Source of the DNA: Octopus vulgaris
Taxonomy: Eukaryota
Direction of reading: 5' to 3'
Length of the DNA stretch: 64,000 nucleotides
NCBI GenBank assembly: GCA_951406725.2
Contig: OX597830.1
Coordinates: 28,148,001-28,212,000, forward strand
This document shows, in pieces, positions 56,728-64,000 of this stretch (its first letter is position 1; each line of letters begins with the position of its first letter). The notes beneath the pieces are model-generated. The model searched no databases, had not been told where the DNA came from, and saw nothing but the letters and a program-made list of their open reading frames with translations. The position numbers were made by a program, and so were the translations under genes.

Positions 56728-57730
56728 CATAACAGTATAGAAGAATACTATGTTTTCTTCAGATAGAGTTTATGTAGAATGCATTAAACAAGGTACCCAT
56801 TTTTTTCTAAAAGCATGCTTTGATTGGAGGGCGATCTGGTTGTTATTTCCAGCTAGGGAAGTGGCAAAGTGCCAGGCTCATTGCAAAAGTGACGAGGTTT
56901 TATATACAAAACTTTTACAAAGTTTCAGGTGTGCCACTCAGCAACACTTTTCAGTTGGCTCTTCACTGTGCCACTCTAATTAAGAAACCCAATGCAGTAA
57001 ACTGCTTTGGACGCGTTAAAGAAAATTCCAGCCATATCTTCTAACGAAAACTAAACATAGAATAAAATTAACGAAGTCTCAAAAGCCTGAAATCAATTAC
57101 GGTAAAATTCCTGAAAAAGGGAAAGGAATGCGCTTTCTAAGATATGAAGAACTTGTGTGAATATAAACAAAATTCATTATTTACACGAACTTGTACTTTG
57201 TATGATTGGAAATATAGAACCATGCATGTTTTGATAGTAAAGCAAGAAAAATCAATTTGAAAACTGAATTACTACGATTAGAGTAAGAGGTTTTTCTGTA
57301 GAAATACCAAACACCAGCAGCCGAAGTTTGTTTTCAATTATCCATATTGTAGCAAACACTGCTCTTCATCTGCAGCTCAACGCTTAAGTCGATGCTTGTA
57401 GCCTTAAAGGTCAATACATAAGCCCAGCAAGATTGAAGTTGTGAGGCTTCTGGGAATTGAAATATAAACATACATACACAGCCATTGCACATATTATAGA
57501 CATTTGTACATACATACAAGTAAGTAAGTATGTATGCATATATGCCTGCTTATATATGTGTATATGTTTATATGTATACAGACGCATGCATGCAAAGGAA
57601 AAAAGTGCATTTTGTTAAATGAATAAAGTTAGGAAGAAATAATTGCTTCATGTGTGCTGCGAGGCGAAATTAAGAAAGAACACCTCCACAAGATTTGTAT
57701 ATATATCACAGTTTTAATTTTACTATGATT

Positions 57731-58060
57731 TTTTATTTGTCCCAGTGATTAGATTGCGGCCATGCTGGAGTAGAACATTGAAGGGTGTAGTCGAACAAAC
57801 AAGCTCCAACAAATACTTTTTAAAAGCATAGTACTTATCTTATAATTGTCTTTTCTCAAACTCCTGGCGCAAGCAAAGCAATATCGGTCATCATGAGACG
57901 ATGGACAAATACAAATAAATGGGCTCACACACATTTGAGGCTTCAACACAAATTTTTCGTCTAACAATTTCACTCAAGACCTTGGTCAGTTTGCCCAATG
58001 TGCTGCACAGTGGGACTGAACCCGCAGCCATGTGGTTGCGAATCAAGATCAGTAACCATA
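57731..58060 (-). mobile_element. Degenerate SINE family A
   Basis: tgcggccatgctggag (tail) and cagtgggactgaaccc..ccatgtggtt (head). Confidence 0.7.
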
Positions 58061-58485
58061 TGTCCATATCTTCTAGAATATAGATTTACGGATTTATATC
58101 GGTTATTACGTCTCAAATATTCATGGTTAGTGCAATATTGCATATCCTTTCCTTTATATGCCAAATTCAATGTTAGATAGCCGTTAAAAATAAACTGAGA
58201 ATAGAAACATTTGGATGATGGTGGCAGTCAATATTCCGATAGATTTATGGGAGTGATTTTCCATTTGTTTCAACGCAACTCGTGGCATATGTCTCACTGC
58301 TTTTGCGATGATGCCAGAGGGCTGGAAATCAGAATACATAAAGTCAGAGAAGCACTGTGAGCATCGAGTTGGACATTCTAAGAATTGTACAATCCAAAGC
58401 CCTGAGCAGTTACATATCTATTGACTCCGCAAGGGTGAAGTGTCAAAGTGGCCTCTGCTGCATGTAAACTAAGAGATCAGAGAGT

Positions 58486-58626
58486 CAGAACAAACGCGCA
58501 CTGAACATCTGCCGCTCATGCGCCTTCTTCACCAGGTACGTAGATGACGTTCTCATACTCACATCCTCCCGTGAAGAGGCTGACAGAATATTCACGACGT
58601 TCAATAACATGGACATGAACATAAAG
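58486..58626 (+). mobile_element. Penelope-like reverse transcriptase fragment
   Basis: Frame +1 reads FFTRYVDDVLILTSSREEADRIFTTFNNMDMNIK, with YVDD at 58537-58548. The F..FN..D.NIK pattern is typical of PLE RT. Confidence 0.75.
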
Positions 58627-58727
58627 CGACTCCATCTAAGAATATCTGAAGAAGGAATTTTATTCCGAAATATTATCAGACTATGGATAACTAAATTATG
58701 TTGCATTGTTGTACCATTCAAAGCTTT

Positions 58728-58782
<55 letters not shown>

Positions 58783-58802
58783 GGTGTGTGTAATGTATGT
58801 AT

Positions 58803-58955
58803 AAATACAAATTGGGACAAGAATGCAAAACATACAGATAGACGATACAAAAATCACTGACGGGTCATTCGAAGCCTTTAATCTTCGGTCAAGAACCGGA
58901 ACATCCTATCAATTTTGGCTGATTAATCTTGAGATTGCTCCAATCTGGCCAGCCC
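58803..58955 (-). mobile_element. Probable PLE-type terminal fragment of another family
   Basis: TA-flanked ~150-bp segment laid out like the other PLE termini; no canonical hammerhead. Confidence 0.35.
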
Positions 58956-59377
58956 TATATACACCTGTCAAAAGTGATATGTGAACCAGCGAAAAATCTC
59001 TAACATATCAATTTAGTTCCACAAGTCGAAGGAGTCATCTATTGATTCTCAGTGGTTATTGACACCACAATTTCAATGACTGTCATCTATTATACATATA
59101 TATATAAACATCTCTGACTCCCACTTCTCACTCTCCTTTCTTCTCTTTCTTTCTCTCAAATTTTTAACTCTCTCACAGTTTCATTCTCAGGCTTACTGAC
59201 ATTTCCCTACTTTACCAACTCATTTCCTCGTTAGTCCCAAACGTATGTAGAGCTACGTGCATATGTATATGTGTGCCTGTATGCATACATATATAAGTGT
59301 GTATGTGTGTGTGAGTGCGTGTGTATGGCTGTATATAATGCAGACACATACACACAAGAACACACATACGAACACAA

Positions 59378-59427
<50 letters not shown>

Positions 59428-59566
59428 ATGTATATATATATATATTCTGTATATATCTGTATATATATATATATATATATTTATATATGTATATATATAT
59501 ATCTATATCTATATCTATATCTATCTATCTATCTATCTTCTATCTATCTATCTATCTATCTATATA

Positions 59567-59664
<98 letters not shown>

Positions 59665-60236
59665 TATATGCATTTGGTTAAATTTATAAACATACCGACC
59701 AAATTATAAATACCTATAAACATGTCTAAATGCAAACAAAAATATATACATGCATTCATTTATATGAAAGTATACACTTGTATGTATGTATGCATGTATA
59801 TATAAATGCAGACCAGCTTACATACAATTACTTTATCTCATATATATATATACATATATGCAAATACATTTATATATATAAACATACATATATATATTCA
59901 TATAAACATACATATACATATGTATGTATGTATATATATATAGTTCGTCTCATAATTAATCAAAATGAGGAAAGCTGATGCATTCAAGTGTTTAAACTGA
60001 ATTTCAATACAATTTTCATTAAACCACATACAAACACAATAACAAAGATAGGCATTGCAGCCACACACCCATGAATCTATATACATTTGTATGCATTTTA
60101 TATATGTATACATCTCCATAAATGCATCTACTACTATCTATCTGTCAATCTACCTCTCTGTCTCTGTCTCTGTCTCTCAGTCTCTTTCTCCCTATTTCTC
60201 TCTCTCTCTCCCTCTCTCTCTCTCTCTGTGTCTCTG

Positions 60237-60270
<34 letters not shown>

Positions 60271-60950
60271 GAGATATATATATATATGTAGAACAGGAGG
60301 AACATTTGAAATATATATTAAAAATACTTTTAAAAATAATGTGAAAATCTTGGAATAGTAAACTGAAAAAAAAATCGACAATCATTTGGATAGGTGGCGC
60401 CGAAAACGCTATATTTCACATTAAAGAGACTGCATTCAATTGTTCAATTATATATGTGGAGACAAATAAAAGGTAATTAAATAGAGAAACGCGCACCCGC
60501 TCACAAACACAAACATACACACACAGACACAGTTATACACAACCAATCATCACAAACACACACGCGCACAAACGCGCTAAACCGTTACCCCAATGTATAT
60601 ATATATATACATATATATATATATACATATATACATATATATATACATATATACTTATATATATATACGTATATACACAAATGCGTGTATATATATATAT
60701 ATATACACATATACGTATATACGTATATGTATGCATATATACATATATGAATATATATCTGTACATATACATATACATATAACAGACACTCATAGATATG
60801 TGTATTTGTATAAATCATTAAAATGATTTATGGTATGTAAACCATTACATACTTCGTTAAATAACTAGAATCACACGCATAAGAACAAATATAGGCGTAT
60901 GTAGATATAGTATATGTATATATATATGTATATATATATGTATACATACA

Positions 60951-61037
<87 letters not shown>

Positions 61038-61716
61038 ATATATATATATACACATGTATATATTTATATTCATATATATACATATATATATATATATATT
61101 TACTCATGCATACGCGTGTGTATGTGTGCCTGCATGCGTGTGGATCACATATTTGTGTGTATGTTGTATGTATATATGGATGGATGTATATACACACATA
61201 TATACATATATATATATATATTCATAAAATTATATATGAGTGTGTGTATATATACAAATATATATATATATGTGTGTGTGTGTGTATTTAGCTATATGAT
61301 TAAAAAGTTGTATTCTTTTCCTATTGCCATGCTTCCAGGTTCGGTGTTAGCACACGATTTCTTTGAGGAGTGTCTTTTGATACATCATACATTAATATCA
61401 ATACCTCTAGATATCACTTTCGTTTAAATTCAATTTCTGAAATTCGTCCGTGTATATACATATATATGCATGCATACATAAATACTGTTGTCGTGCACGC
61501 TTCACATTTTCTATCTAATGAGCATTTTAACCTGTTATTTACTCATCATTTATAGGTTTATCTTCGAGATACTTCATTCTGAATCAACACACAAACATAC
61601 ACACACACGCACTCTCTCAATCTCTGTCTGTCTGTCTCTCTCTCTCTCCCTCACACACACATATCCACATAGAGTGAAATACAGGTGAGATTAGTGAGAG
61701 ACGGCATAACGTTACA

Positions 61717-61857
61717 GATCCGACAGCTGTTTCTGGGGGCTCAGAATTACGTAACATTTATCATTTTAGTATATTAAATATGCAAAATGTAAAGTGTATG
61801 CAACCAATAGTGGATGCATATAGACATTACCTTAACTCCGGTCTCCGTCTTCAGGGT
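61717..61857 (-). ncRNA. Hammerhead-like motif with extended stem II
   Basis: Minus strand CC-CTGAAGA-cggagacCGGAGTTA...TAATTCTGagccccca-GAAACAGCTGTC-GG; canonical core, palindromic stem III ACAGCTGT, GUC site. Confidence 0.55.
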
Positions 61858-62109
61858 GAAGACGGATTAGCAATGAGCCGCTGAGGTCATAATTCCAGAG
61901 AATTTAAGAGTAACCATCGAATTAGAGAAAGAAAATGTCTGTAGGTGCGCTTAAATCATCAAAATAATATTCTTTCCGGTATATCAATCTTCAGAACCTC
62001 ATGAATCGTAACATTGATGAAGGTCAACATCAAAGGCAACCCTCATTAATTCCTATATATTGACCAAATATATATGTGTTGATGCGTACAAAACCTGCTC
62101 AATGTGCTT

Positions 62110-62519
62110 AGTGTTTTCTCTTTAACAAGGCTTTTTTAGGTAACCGTTCCACGAAGCCTGTCGTATATATCTAAAATATAAAATCCGTTCTGCGTGTCTG
62201 TGTGTGTGTCTTCTGCGATCTTGGGCATCCTCCATCCGATTGCGCTCAAATTTGATATGTAGATACCGACGGTATCCGGGCGTGTATAAGTCTTGAAAAA
62301 ATTACAAAAATCGATTCCAGGTCAGAATGCGATCGATAAAGTCGCGGGAACATGCGTTTGTACGCGCAAGTACATCAGCTGTTGCGATCGATACTACGCG
62401 TATGCGAGAATAATGCTGGTGTCTCAAATTTAGGTTAAATCAGTGTTTCTCAAAGGGGTGGCCTATGGGACGGGCAGACATATTGTTTTGAGAAAATTTG
62501 GACGGGGGCGTTTTTCTCG
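62110..62519 (+). mobile_element. Helitron-like non-autonomous insertion inside a family A SINE (62093-62775)
   Basis: A|TC start (tctaaaatataaaa), (TG)-rich segment and ccgattgcgctcaaatttg resemble Helitron 5' regions. Ends ctcg|t rather than CTAG|T. SINE halves lie on either side. Confidence 0.45.
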
Positions 62520-63732
62520 TATAAATATATGTCTGGATGTGTGGGTGTGTGTGTATGCGTGTATCTATGCGTGTGTCATTGTGTCTGTGTCGTTCCCCAC
62601 CCCCACTGCTTGACAACCGTTATTGATGTATCTAAGAACCCGTCACGGCCAGAGAGATCGAGAGAAGTACGAGGCTTATAAACACAGTGCTGGTGTCGAT
62701 TAGTTCGACAATCCTCTTCATGGTGCACATCAGACTAGCTGCAGTCCAATGACTGAAACAAGTAAAAATCAAAAGATAGAATATATATTAGGCAGTTCTA
62801 AATATTGGCCTTTGTTGCCTATTGAGATAGGTATAGGCCTTAATATTTTTTTAAGAATTGGATACATATACAACAGCTCAATCTATTATCACATTTACAC
62901 TATCTGGATTTTTTCGTAAAAAGTTGATCAACAACTTGCATATCTTTTATTAAGAGTAAAACAAATGACGATACTAAAATCGAATTTGGTCTTGATAAAT
63001 GTATAAAAGCCAAACTCTTTACGGGAAACATTTTGTAAACAAACAGCATACAGTTTGAAAATTTTACCATAATCAAATCCTGGGAATGGAATCTAACACC
63101 CTCTTATGCCTGAGGATATAAGGGAAAAAATTCTATCGTAGAGTTAGGGAGCTCTCCTACAATGCTAACTTCATTTGAGCAGCAGAATCGATGCTATCAA
63201 TATCTTGTCTTTATATTTCGTGAAATAAAAGACGCTATTACATCACGATATACTGCATGCATCACCGAATGCTAGGGTTAGACGTACTATACATCGCACA
63301 AAAGAATGTTGGATCTGGACATATGCAGCTGCAACTCTATCAAAAACAGCAAGCATACAGCTTGACACTTATATGAAAGAACGAAGAAACTACACTCAAT
63401 ATCAAAAGGAAAAAAGAATTATACAAAAAAAATTTGAAGACCACTGAGACTGAAGTTCGCCCAGATGAAAGAGAAATACTGTGAAAGCAAAACAAGTAAA
63501 AGCTAAAAGAAATCAAATGGTGCCTCATAAATGCGTGGAAAAGTACGACATTCCGTTGTAAGTAATATACAAGCTGCTAGCAATTTTGATGTTGATATAT
63601 ATATATATATATATATATAACAGAAGTTTGAAAACGCCACTATATAAGATAAATTTTAATTTTCTTAGAAATTTTACATTTCAGCCGCAGGTCATTCGAA
63701 CACAAGACGGCTAAAAACAACCACGTGGAGCC

Positions 63733-63985
63733 TGTTGAGACCAGTAAGAAACAATTATGAACATTTTTATTACACTCAACTTGAAACTTACAGCTATTAT
63801 GCATACTACCGACAAAACACCAACACATGGATTGTGTTGAGACCAGTAAGAAATAATTATGAACTTTTTTATTACACTCAACTTGAAACTTACAGCTATT
63901 ATGCATACTACCGACAAAACACCAACACATGGATTGTGTTGAGACCAGTAAGAAATAATTATGAACTTTTTTATTACACTTAACT
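63733..63985. repeat. 102-bp minisatellite, about 2.5 nearly identical copies
   Basis: tgttgagaccagtaagaaa starts at 63733, 63835 and 63937. Confidence 0.95.
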
Positions 63986-64000
63986 TTTTAAAATATTTTT

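Noticed and set aside
58856-58895. Hammerhead in the 58.8-kb TA-flanked fragment (CCGAAGA...CGAAT)
   Set aside because: Core spacing and stem II cannot be made to fit, and GAAA is absent.
63733-63985. CRISPR-like array
   Set aside because: Whole units are repeated with no unique spacers; eukaryotic context and no cas genes.

Overview
AT-rich eukaryotic DNA saturated with microsatellites. The SINE families and repeat landscape point to an octopus (coleoid cephalopod) intronic or intergenic region; this is inferred from repeat content only. No host protein-coding exon can be supported, and almost all ORFs in the track are translated simple repeats. The real coding remnants all come from transposons: R4/Dong-like RLE retrotransposon 3' ends (3.1-4.9 kb), a Neptune-type Penelope-like element (PLE; 21.5-23.15 kb), six Tx1/L1-clade 3' ends (36.4-41.5 kb), a near-intact IR/DR Tc1 DD34E transposon (50.0-51.6 kb), a deleted rosa-like mariner and a PLE RT fragment. 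About 20 tRNA-derived SINE copies from at least four families are also present. Four things stand out. (1) Each retroelement lineage occupies its own microsatellite: Tx1 in (TATC)n, RLE in (TACA)n and PLE in (TA)n. (2) A set of minimal hammerhead ribozyme motifs with non-canonical cores and stem covariation lies almost entirely on the minus strand, plus a second type with a ~120-nt stem II region. (3) An almost unmutated tRNA-Glu is fused directly to a SINE/LINE tail, resembling a newborn SINE. (4) Several fold-back palindromes are built from microsatellites.
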